In this document: piece by piece, positions 10,277 to 17,909 of the stretch
How positions within the stretch are numbered: the stretch's first letter is position 1
Layout of the letters: each line of letters starts with the position of its first letter
Assembly: GCA_964474825.1 (NCBI GenBank)
Contig: CAYYWQ010000001.1
Span: forward strand, 677,609-741,608
Length of the DNA stretch: 64,000 bases
Reading direction: 5' to 3'
DNA from: an uncultured Candidatus Saccharibacteria bacterium
GTDB lineage: Bacteria > Patescibacteriota > Doudnabacteria > UBA920
Notes under the pieces: model-generated
What the model was told of the DNA's origin: nothing
Database searches by the model: none
The model's input: the letters and a program-made list of their open reading frames with translations, nothing else
Made by a program: the position numbers and the translations under genes

Positions 10277-11311
10277 ATGCTAAAACCCTACTTCTTTAAA
10301 AAACAAAAACCAACCCGAGTTGAACTAAAAAAATTTCCGGTTAAAAACATGGTGGATATTTTTACCACGCAAAATCGGGAATTGTTTGACGTTTTAAATC
10401 CTCATGCTAAATTCGAACAAAATTACAAAAAAAACCTAGAAAAATTTTTAAAAAACAGAGTTGGGCAATGGATTTATTTTCCTTGGAACCAAACCCTTCT
10501 GCACACCCTTCTTTCTAATGAGCTCTTTTTATTAAGAACCAATCGAAACAGAAATCTTATTAATAACGAGGAGCAGAATACTCTTGCTAATTTTACAGCG
10601 GCTGTAATTGGGCTTTCTATTGGCAACTCCATAGCCTTAAACCTACTCTATAATGGCATTTCCAGAAAAATTAAAATAGCAGATTTAGATACTTTAGAAA
10701 CATCTAATCTAAACCGTGTCAGAGCAAGCCTACAGGATGTTGGCAAAAGCAAAATCTCAATTACTGCAGCGCAAATTTATGAAATTGATCCCTACGCGTC
10801 TATTTATGCCTTTGAAAAAGGAATTCAAGACAAAACTTTAAAACAACTCTTTGCAAACCCAAAACCAAAAATTATATTCGAAGCAATTGATGATTTAAAA
10901 ATGAAAATCCAAATCCGATTAGCAGCAAAAAAGGCTAAAATCCCGGTTGTAATGTTGACTAATTTAGGAAATAATATACTTATAGATGTAGAACGCTATG
11001 ACTTAGATAAAAATTTACAACTCTTCAACGGCCTAATAGGAAAAGCTGGCAAAGAGATCCTAAATTCAACAATATCCGAGCAGGATAAACAACGTTATGC
11101 CGTAGCAATAGTTGGGAAAGAAAATGTTCCTTTAAAAGCATTAGATTCATTACGGGAAATTAATAGAACATTAGTTGGCAGGCCCCAACTAATGTCAACG
11201 GTAACCATTGGTAGCGGCATAGCCTCGCTTATAGCCAAAAAGATTGCTCTAGGTGAACCTGTCAAAAGCGGCCGCAGTTTAATCAAGCTAGAACAGTTGA
11301 TTAATTTTTAA
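10277..11311 (+). CDS. ThiF/MoeB/E1-like nucleotidyltransferase-domain protein
   Basis: AAVIGLSIGNSIALNLLYNGISRKIKIADLDTLETSNLNR matches the ThiF Rossmann GxGxxG segment and the downstream D..E.SNLNRQ motif. The N-terminal ~100 aa are an extension. Confidence 0.65.
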   Translation: MLKPYFFKKQKPTRVELKKFPVKNMVDIFTTQNRELFDVLNPHAKFEQNYKKNLEKFLKNRVGQWIYFPWNQTLLHTLLSNELFLLRTNRNRNLINNEEQNTLANFTAAVIGLSIGNSIALNLLYNGISRKIKIADLDTLETSNLNRVRASLQDVGKSKISITAAQIYEIDPYASIYAFEKGIQDKTLKQLFANPKPKIIFEAIDDLKMKIQIRLAAKKAKIPVVMLTNLGNNILIDVERYDLDKNLQLFNGLIGKAGKEILNSTISEQDKQRYAVAIVGKENVPLKALDSLREINRTLVGRPQLMSTVTIGSGIASLIAKKIALGEPVKSGRSLIKLEQLINF

Positions 11312-11315
11312 TCTT

Positions 11316-12197
11316 ATGGACACGAGTGAAAAAAAACTTCTTGAAAGTCTTGGAAATATTAAAGCAGAAATTAAGCAATTTACGACAGAAGATGTTACAA
11401 TAAACTATGTTAAAGCAGGAACAGGTTTTCCACTATTACTAATTCATGGAGCCAACTTTGGTTGGGGTCAATGGCATACCTTAATCACCGATCTTTCACA
11501 AAACTACACTGTGTATGCTGTAGACCTTCCAGGATTTGGCAACTCCACTTCCTTAAACTATGAAAAACTGGAATTTAACCGTCAGCTAGTTAAACCCATG
11601 GCATCTTTTGTTGAAAAAATGGGTTTGCAAAATAGTTTTGTAATGGGCCATTCTTTAGGAGCTTGGGTTGGGATGAAATTGGTTTTAGATGGTTATGCGA
11701 ATTTTAAAAAAATAATATTAGCAAATCCTTTAGGGTTCTCAAAAGATACACCACTACAATATAAATTACTTGGCCTACGCTGGGTGGCCAAACTGCTCGC
11801 AAAAACTGTCCTAAAAATAAGGCCGGGAAACATAAAAAAATTTTTAAATATTCCACTACACACTAAAGTCAGCTTCCTTCCAGAATTTACTGATTATTAC
11901 CATTCCATATCAAAAGGCGAATTCAGGCATCCTTTTTACTTATTTAACCGTATAGCTGGATTTAAAAAAGTTAACAAAGAATTAATACTTGACAGCAAGC
12001 TCTCACAAATTCATCAACCAGTTTTAATTATTGGCGGAGAGTATGATCCCATTGTATCTTTAAACCATAAACAAATAGAACTAATAAACCTACTACCTGA
12101 AGCAAAGATTAAAGTAATAAAAGGGGTTGGTCACGTCCCTTTTTTTGAAAATAGAAACGAATTTTATAAAGTCATTAATGAATTTTTAAAAAAATAG
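11316..12197 (+). CDS. Alpha/beta-fold hydrolase
   Basis: LLLIHGANFGWGQW (HG oxyanion region), VMGHSLGAWVG (GxSxG nucleophile elbow), C-terminal GHVPFFE (His of the catalytic triad). Confidence 0.75.
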   Translation: MDTSEKKLLESLGNIKAEIKQFTTEDVTINYVKAGTGFPLLLIHGANFGWGQWHTLITDLSQNYTVYAVDLPGFGNSTSLNYEKLEFNRQLVKPMASFVEKMGLQNSFVMGHSLGAWVGMKLVLDGYANFKKIILANPLGFSKDTPLQYKLLGLRWVAKLLAKTVLKIRPGNIKKFLNIPLHTKVSFLPEFTDYYHSISKGEFRHPFYLFNRIAGFKKVNKELILDSKLSQIHQPVLIIGGEYDPIVSLNHKQIELINLLPEAKIKVIKGVGHVPFFENRNEFYKVINEFLKK

Positions 12198-12201
12198 CTG
12201 A

Positions 12202-13854
12202 ATGGAAATTATATCCAAGTTAGAATTTATTCTTCTGTTATGCGCCATAGCAATCAATGCTTTACTAGCTTGGGTTGTTTATACAAGTGACAAAAAAAGT
12301 GATACAAACAGACTTTACACAGTATTAAGTTTAAATATTTCTGTTTGGCTGATTATAAACTACATCTCTCACACAACCTTATTTTTAAGTAATAGTATTT
12401 ACTGGATTCGCCTAAGTTTGTTTTTTGCGCTTCCCATGAGCATGTTGTTCTTCCTGTTTGCCCATACAATACCGGAAAAAGTAATACGTATATCCAAACG
12501 GCAGTTAGTACTATTATTCGCGCTAACTGGATCGGCCATGCTGTTAACGATATCACCCTATACTTTCACCGAGGTCAAGCTGGTTAATGGTTCGCCTCTA
12601 CCCGTTACAGGTCCGGGAATAATTTATTTTGGATTCATATCAATTACCTACAGTCTTTTTGCTGCAATTACATTTTTCCGAAAATACAAGTCTTCGACTG
12701 GCGAACAACGACTCCAATTCAAATATATTATGTATGGCGTCTTGTCGATGATAGGCTTGATTACCACTACTATTTTCTTGCCGGTTATATTTTTTAGCAA
12801 CAATACCTTTCTTGGTTTATTGCCTCTCTACACGCTAATTTTTCTTACTATTTCGGCGTATGTAATCATTGGCTTACATTTATTCAAAGTAAAACTTATC
12901 GCCACTGAGGCCTTATTTTTTGCACTTTGGATAGGTCTTTTTTCTCAGGCATTAGGAAGAAATTCTGTTTCTGATCTTTTTGTAGGCTTTATTATGCTTT
13001 TTGGATTAACTGTTTTGGGATATTTACTTATCAATGGGGTTAAAAAGGAAGTTGAACAAAAAGAGCTATTAGAAGCTTTAACACAAGAGTTAGGTGATGC
13101 TAATGAGAAGCTTCAGAGTTTGGACAAGGCTAGGGCGGAGTTTATTTCTATTGCTAGCCACCAACTACGCACTCCCCCTTCCACTGTAAAATGGTATATG
13201 TCTTCCGTGCTTTCCGGGGATTTTGGAAGAATTTCGGCCAAAGTTTTAGAGCCTCTTAAAAAAGTAAACGAAACCAACAACCATTTAATTTCTTTAATTG
13301 AGGACATGTTAAACGTTTCGCGTATAGAACGCGGAAAAATGGAATTTTTATTTGAGCAGACTAATGTGCAGGACTTGGCCAAACAGGCTTTTGACCAGTT
13401 AATTCCTATGGCCAGCGACAAAAAACTAAAGTTTGATTTCGATTCCCCCAAAAAACCCTTACCAGAAATAATGGCAGACAAAGAAAAACTTAAGCAGGTT
13501 ATGAACAACCTAACAGATAACGCCTTAAAGTATACCAAGTCCGGCAGCGTTAAAGTTAAAATTTACGAAAAAGACGGAAATATTTTCTTTGAAGTCACAG
13601 ACAGCGGTAAAGGCATTAGCAAAGAAGACCGTGAAAGCATTTTCCAAAAATACACCAGAGGCAAAGAATCTGTTAAGCAAAGCGCGGGCCTGGGCCTTGG
13701 GCTTTATGTTGCCAAAATAATTATAGAGCAGCACAAAGGCAAAATTTGGGCCGAAAGCCCTGGCGAAGGCCAAGGCAGCACCTTTGCCTTCAGCGTCCCA
13801 ATTAAGAATGACTTAAAGGCTACTACGCTTGTTGACCTAGCCACACAAAAATAA
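12202..13854 (+). CDS. Sensor histidine kinase with an N-terminal multi-pass (about 7 TM) membrane domain. No adjacent response regulator in the window.
   Basis: Hydrophobic N-terminal ~290 aa, coiled-coil linker, H-box FISIASHQLRTPPSTV, N-box DNALKYT, G-boxes DSGKGISKE and GLGLGLYVAKII. Confidence 0.85.
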   Translation: MEIISKLEFILLLCAIAINALLAWVVYTSDKKSDTNRLYTVLSLNISVWLIINYISHTTLFLSNSIYWIRLSLFFALPMSMLFFLFAHTIPEKVIRISKRQLVLLFALTGSAMLLTISPYTFTEVKLVNGSPLPVTGPGIIYFGFISITYSLFAAITFFRKYKSSTGEQRLQFKYIMYGVLSMIGLITTTIFLPVIFFSNNTFLGLLPLYTLIFLTISAYVIIGLHLFKVKLIATEALFFALWIGLFSQALGRNSVSDLFVGFIMLFGLTVLGYLLINGVKKEVEQKELLEALTQELGDANEKLQSLDKARAEFISIASHQLRTPPSTVKWYMSSVLSGDFGRISAKVLEPLKKVNETNNHLISLIEDMLNVSRIERGKMEFLFEQTNVQDLAKQAFDQLIPMASDKKLKFDFDSPKKPLPEIMADKEKLKQVMNNLTDNALKYTKSGSVKVKIYEKDGNIFFEVTDSGKGISKEDRESIFQKYTRGKESVKQSAGLGLGLYVAKIIIEQHKGKIWAESPGEGQGSTFAFSVPIKNDLKATTLVDLATQK

Positions 13855-13858
13855 CATA

Positions 13859-13968
13859 GGACTTCCACACCGCTACTTTTCTGGACTGGCGGAACTTGTC
13901 ACCGTAGATAAACTACGCCTCCAAACATCCTCAGAAAATGCCTCGAACTTGGCTCAGTGTGGAAGCCC
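13859..13968 (+). ncRNA. Candidate structured RNA element (copy 1), of unknown family, followed by an intrinsic terminator
   Basis: A ~110-nt intergenic segment closed by the 9-bp inverted repeat CTTCCACAC/GTGTGGAAG, with an internal conserved hairpin CGTAG-ATAAA-CTACG. Three sequence blocks are conserved, in reverse complement, at 57428..57650. Confidence 0.35.
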
Positions 13969-13972
13969 TATC

Positions 13973-14004
13973 AAAAAAACTCTTGTTAAAACAAGAGTTT
14001 TTTT
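13973..14004 (+). terminator. Rho-independent terminator
   Basis: AAAAAAACTCTTGTT-AAA-ACAAGAGTTTTTTT: a perfect stem followed by a T-tract. Confidence 0.65.
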
Positions 14005-14064
14005 GGGTCACAAGAATTGAGTTAACATAGTGTATAATAGAATTACTTACATAACATTAGCGGT

Positions 14065-14814
14065 ATGGTTAATTTAACAACAGGCGGTAAATATAAGTTT
14101 GCAACAGTAAAACAGAACTACGAAGATTATTCTAGCGGGAGGGTACTTTATGGCGCAACCGGAGCAACCGGTTTTCCTGTTAGGTTAACAAGTGAAATTT
14201 TCCAGAGAGCCGCTAGAAGACTAGAGAACGCTGGGGTTAAGGCCCCTTATTCTATTTACGACCCTTTTTGCGGGGCCGGTTACTCCTTAACCGTTATAGG
14301 GTTTTTGCACGGAAGCGCGATTAAAAATATAGTCGCTTCTGACGTTAACAAAGAAGCCCTGGTGACCGCACATAAAAACCTTTCCCTATTAACTACAAAA
14401 GGGTTTAACAATAGGATTCAAGAATTAATTAAATTAAAAAATACCTACAACAAAACTTCACATAAAGAGGCTTTAGAAAGTAGCGAGCGTTTGAAAAACA
14501 AGGTGCCAAATATAGACATTAAAATATTTGAATTTAATATACTTAGTAAACAAAATTTACCTATACCCCAAACTTCCATAGATTTAGTTTTAACAGACTT
14601 ACCCTACGGCAAACTTACCCAATGGGAAGGAAAGGAAGCAGCGGTTAACCCAACCCAAAACTTTTTAAATAATATTAGCCTCCTGCTTAAACCAAACGCA
14701 ATAATAGCAATAAGCGCTAACAAAAAACAAAAACTCGCTCATGAAGGCTATAAACGAGTAGACCTGCTCAAACTCGGAAAAAGACAAGTGTTGTTTCTTA
14801 CTAAAATAGCTTAG
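14065..14814 (+). CDS. Putative N6-adenine/N2-guanine-type nucleic-acid methyltransferase (UPF0020/RlmL-like putative RNA methylase)
   Basis: DPFCGAGYSLTVIG (motif I, D-P-x-C-G-S/A-G) and DLVLTDLPYG (motif IV, a (D/N/S)PPY variant). Confidence 0.6.
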   Translation: MVNLTTGGKYKFATVKQNYEDYSSGRVLYGATGATGFPVRLTSEIFQRAARRLENAGVKAPYSIYDPFCGAGYSLTVIGFLHGSAIKNIVASDVNKEALVTAHKNLSLLTTKGFNNRIQELIKLKNTYNKTSHKEALESSERLKNKVPNIDIKIFEFNILSKQNLPIPQTSIDLVLTDLPYGKLTQWEGKEAAVNPTQNFLNNISLLLKPNAIIAISANKKQKLAHEGYKRVDLLKLGKRQVLFLTKIA

Positions 14815-14832
14815 ACCATTAAAACTGGAATA

Positions 14833-14866
14833 AAAAAAACAGCCCCAACTTTTGGGGCTGTTTTAA
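14833..14866. terminator. Bidirectional Rho-independent terminator
   Basis: AAAAAAAACAGCCCC-AACTTTT-GGGGCTGTTTT, with A-tract and T-tract flanks, between convergent genes. Confidence 0.7.
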
Positions 14867-14871
14867 ATTTT

Positions 14872-15273
14872 TTAATTCGCTTGGTCTTTCATGCTTCCCA
14901 GCATTTCTTCTTCAAAGTGGAGTAAGAATTGTTCGGGGTCTGGGGTACTTCCGAATAGAATGTGTTCTACGCTGTTGCGCTGGCCGCGGTTTTGGCTGCT
15001 GCCCACGCCTTTGGTTTGAAACCATTCCTGCCAAGCTGCGCTGAAGTCTTTATAACCTTGGGTACCCTCTTTGCCATATTTGGCAAAAATTAAATCATAC
15101 TTGGTTGTGTCGCAAATATTTATGAATTCACTTTTTTCTTCCATGCTTAAAAAACCATTTACCTGCGCGGAATGCTTTATTCTTTGGCAGTGGGGGTTGG
15201 TGTAAACAGCCTGGCAAATTTCCCGGCCAAGCTGAGTCCATTCTTTGTCGAATTTTTGAAAATCAAAACCCAT
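14872..15273 (-). CDS. Hypothetical cytoplasmic protein
   Basis: 133-aa ORF ending at the convergent terminator; no recognisable motif. Confidence 0.45.
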   Translation of the reverse strand: MGFDFQKFDKEWTQLGREICQAVYTNPHCQRIKHSAQVNGFLSMEEKSEFINICDTTKYDLIFAKYGKEGTQGYKDFSAAWQEWFQTKGVGSSQNRGQRNSVEHILFGSTPDPEQFLLHFEEEMLGSMKDQAN

Positions 15274-15334
15274 GGGGGTACAAGCTAATCAGCCGATCAG
15301 CTAATAAGCATATCAGCTAAAATCCAGTAGGATT

Positions 15335-15607
15335 TTATGCGGTTACTTTTAATTTCAGTTTGTCTACCAATTTTTCCCAGCGCTTTTCGTCTTCGTTTTT
15401 TAAATATCTCAATAAGCGGCGGCGGTTGCCGACCATTTTAAGCAAACCACGGCGGGAATGATTGTCTTTGCGGTGGGTCTTTAAATGCTCGCTGACCTGT
15501 TCAATTTCTTTGGTCAAAATAGCAACCTGGACTTCCGGGCTTCCGGTGTCGTCTTTATGCGTCTGAAACTTCTTAATTAACGCGTTTTTCTCTTTAGGGG
15601 TAAGCAT
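15335..15607 (-). CDS. rpsO: 30S ribosomal protein S15
   Basis: [50 protein letters not shown] is the near-universal S15 signature. Confidence 0.95.
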   Translation of the reverse strand: MLTPKEKNALIKKFQTHKDDTGSPEVQVAILTKEIEQVSEHLKTHRKDNHSRRGLLKMVGNRRRLLRYLKNEDEKRWEKLVDKLKLKVTA

Positions 15608-15636
15608 AGCTTTTCCTTTGTCTACACGTAATAAAT

Positions 15637-15663
15637 TGCGGCCCTGCTCTGTTTACGGCCGCA
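15637..15663 (-). promoter_or_regulatory. Stable hairpin in the rpsO 5' leader, downstream of a TATAAT-like -10 element. Possible S15 autoregulatory structure.
   Basis: TGCGGCC-N13-GGCCGCA stem about 25 nt upstream of the rpsO ATG on the coding strand. A GTATAAT motif lies further upstream. Confidence 0.35.
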
Positions 15664-15736
15664 TTACAGATTTATTCGTGGATTAATAAATATAAGGACA
15701 TTATACTTTATTTACTGCCTTTTGGCAAATCTAATT

Positions 15737-16549
15737 CTACCTTAAATATGCTACAAACTCCCCAATTGCATTGTAACCCGTTAACTCTTCATACCCGCTC
15801 ACCCCAGGCCAGCGGTTAACTTCTAATATATAGTACTTGCCTTTACTTTCAATAATGTCTACTTTGGCCAGCTCCCGTTTAAGCAAAGCAGATGCTTTTT
15901 CAGCTAGCGCTACAACCTCTGCCACTGACTGTGCAGCAACGGAATCATGGGCATAATAATCCACCCCAAAGCCTGTGTCAGAAATTTTATGCCTTAAAAC
16001 CACAGGCAAACTTTTGTAGCCAACTGTAATAACTTTATACTCATACTCAGCCTCTAAAAATTCCTGAACCATTAATTCATCCCGCGGAATAGTGGACGGG
16101 ATTTTTTGCATGTCTTCTAGCTGGCGAATTAAAAAAGTACCCTGGCCCTTAAAACCGTAGATCCATTTTAAAATTAGCGGATACCTTAAATCTTCAATCT
16201 TAAATCCTAAATCAGTTTTAGGAATTGCCAGCCCTGCCTTTCCTAAAACTTTATAATCTTCCCATTTTCCTTCTCCTAATTCGCCCTGAGCAATAGCAGC
16301 ATCTACAACTTTTTTACCGGCGACTTTAAATTTTTTGGCCAAGTCAATAATTTGCAGAAAGTATTTGGGGCTGCCGTTCAAATACGGTAGGCGAATGTAA
16401 AAAACGCTATAGTCGTCCACGTTAACCTCAAAACTCCTTTCCACCAACTCCTGCATACTCAAAACCTCCACAGCAACATTTTGCAGTTTAGCTTCTTCCA
16501 CAAACCTTCGCGTAAAATAAACGCTTTTTAGAGATATCAACAGTATCAT
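15737..16549 (-). CDS. RimK-type ATP-grasp ligase (alpha-L-glutamate ligase-like)
   Basis: ATP-grasp motifs: PLILKWIYGFKGQGTFLI, YKVITVG and the C-terminal YILEVNRWPGVSGYEE. Confidence 0.8.
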   Translation of the reverse strand: MILLISLKSVYFTRRFVEEAKLQNVAVEVLSMQELVERSFEVNVDDYSVFYIRLPYLNGSPKYFLQIIDLAKKFKVAGKKVVDAAIAQGELGEGKWEDYKVLGKAGLAIPKTDLGFKIEDLRYPLILKWIYGFKGQGTFLIRQLEDMQKIPSTIPRDELMVQEFLEAEYEYKVITVGYKSLPVVLRHKISDTGFGVDYYAHDSVAAQSVAEVVALAEKASALLKRELAKVDIIESKGKYYILEVNRWPGVSGYEELTGYNAIGEFVAYLR

Positions 16550-16582
16550 TGTTTAATTGTACAAGAAAATCAGCTATACTGA

Positions 16583-16766
16583 CAGTGTCGCATAATGTTA
16601 AAACTACCCCTTCAGAAAAGCCCGTGTCGTAATATCACCTGTGGACATTGTGGATAACACCTCGCGTCGCATAATGTTATTAGCGAGTAGGATGTAGCCG
16701 GTAGCTTGTAGCCAAACAAGTATCGCAGGCCTACTTCCTACTCACTACTAGCTACAAGCTAACCCC
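16583..16766. repeat. Integrase-proximal repeat block: two dif-like XerC-arm motifs (GTGTCGCATAATGTTAAAA at 16583..16604; GCGTCGCATAATGTTATTAGCGA at 16664..16687) plus an imperfect hairpin U1/U2 (16681..16718 and 16730..16765)
   Basis: TCGCATAATGT matches the XerC-binding arm of proteobacterial dif (GGTGCGCATAATGTATATTATGTTAAAT). U1 and U2 are partial reverse complements of each other. Diverged copies D1 and D2 lie downstream of the gene. Confidence 0.45.
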
Positions 16767-16767
16767 T

Positions 16768-17763
16768 ATGAACCCTATCACTCCCCTGCGCAAGCTTATA
16801 ATGGATTTTTTGGAATACTGTGAGCTGGCCAAAAACCAAAGCCGCAATACTATTGCCGCGTATTTTAGGTATTTGGACAAATTTGAAAAATTTGCCCAAA
16901 GCTTGGGACTTAAGGAACCCAGCGACATAGACTTAGACACAATAAAAAAATACCGGCTTTACTTAAACCGGCTAACAGACAGCAAAGGGAATACTTTAAA
17001 GCTTATAACCCAAAATTACCACTTAATTGCGCTTAGGGCATTCTTAAAATTCCTAACAAAGCAGGACATAAAGACCTTAGCGCCGGAAAAAATAGAATTA
17101 CCAAAAAACCCGGAGCGCCAGGTGGAATTTTTAGAAAACCAGGAACTGGAAAGATTATTCGAAGCCGTAAAGTCCGAGAAAGACGAACTCCAGCGCCTGC
17201 GCGACGCAGCCATTTTACAAACCCTGTTCTCTACCGGTCTGCGCGTAAGCGAGCTAGCCAGCCTGCGAATAGATTCCATAAACCTTGAGAGGCGCGAGTT
17301 TACTGTGCGCGGAAAAGGCAGCAAACTTAGGTTGGTATTTTTGTCTGAAGAAGCAGCGGATGGCGTAAAAAAATATTTGACCAAAAGAAAAGACAACAGC
17401 AAAGCTTTGTTTGTAAGCCATAGCGGCGTTGGACAGAGCGTGGAAAAGCAGATAGACAGCCAAAGTAAAAAAAATAACATTAACGACAAAAATAACTATG
17501 GCAAAGCCGCGGGACTCACTCCCCGCTCCATTCAAAGGATTATAAAAAAATACTGCAAAATTGCAGGTATTGTAAAAAAAGTATCTCCCCACACCCTGCG
17601 CCACAGCTTTGCCACAGACCTTTTGCAGAACGGCGCGGACATAAGGAGCGTCCAGGCCATGCTAGGCCACAGCAGCATTACCACAACGCAAATTTACACT
17701 CACGTAACCAACCAGGGCCTTAGGGATATACATAAGAAATTTCATGGGAAGACTAATAGCTAG
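16768..17763 (+). CDS. Tyrosine site-specific recombinase (XerC/XerD family) with an internal Lys/Asn-rich insertion
   Basis: N-terminal SAM-like core-binding domain (LEYCELAKNQSRNTIAAYFRYL). The catalytic C-terminus has R (LRVSEL), HTLRHSFATDLLQNGADIRSVQAMLGHSSITTTQIYTHV (H-R-H...Y). A ~45-aa insertion (SVEKQIDSQSKKNNINDKNNYGK...) precedes the HxxR box. Confidence 0.85.
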   Translation: MNPITPLRKLIMDFLEYCELAKNQSRNTIAAYFRYLDKFEKFAQSLGLKEPSDIDLDTIKKYRLYLNRLTDSKGNTLKLITQNYHLIALRAFLKFLTKQDIKTLAPEKIELPKNPERQVEFLENQELERLFEAVKSEKDELQRLRDAAILQTLFSTGLRVSELASLRIDSINLERREFTVRGKGSKLRLVFLSEEAADGVKKYLTKRKDNSKALFVSHSGVGQSVEKQIDSQSKKNNINDKNNYGKAAGLTPRSIQRIIKKYCKIAGIVKKVSPHTLRHSFATDLLQNGADIRSVQAMLGHSSITTTQIYTHVTNQGLRDIHKKFHGKTNS

Positions 17764-17901
17764 TAGTAAGTAGCGGGTAGATGGTAGCCAAACAAAAAAT
17801 CCCACACCTTTTTGGTGTGGGATTTTTAATTAGGTCTCCATCTCATTTTTGCTCAAAAATGTTCTATCCTACTTACTACTAACTACAAGCTACTAGCTAA
17901 A
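17761..17901. repeat. Downstream repeat block D1 (17761..17795) and D2 (17868..17901) bracketing a terminator. These are direct copies of U1 and U2.
   Basis: D1 TAGTAGTAAGTAGCGGGTAGATGGTAGCCAAACA matches U1 TAGCGAGTAGGATGTAGCCGGTAGCTTGTAGCCAAACA. D2 CCTACTTACTACTAACTACAAGCTACTAGCTAA matches U2 CCTACTTCCTACTCACTACTAGCTACAAGCTAA. Confidence 0.45.
17795..17827. terminator. Rho-independent terminator (bidirectional)
   Basis: AAAAAATCCCACACC-TTTTT-GGTGTGGGATTTTT. Confidence 0.8.
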
Positions 17902-17909
17902 CTTACCTC

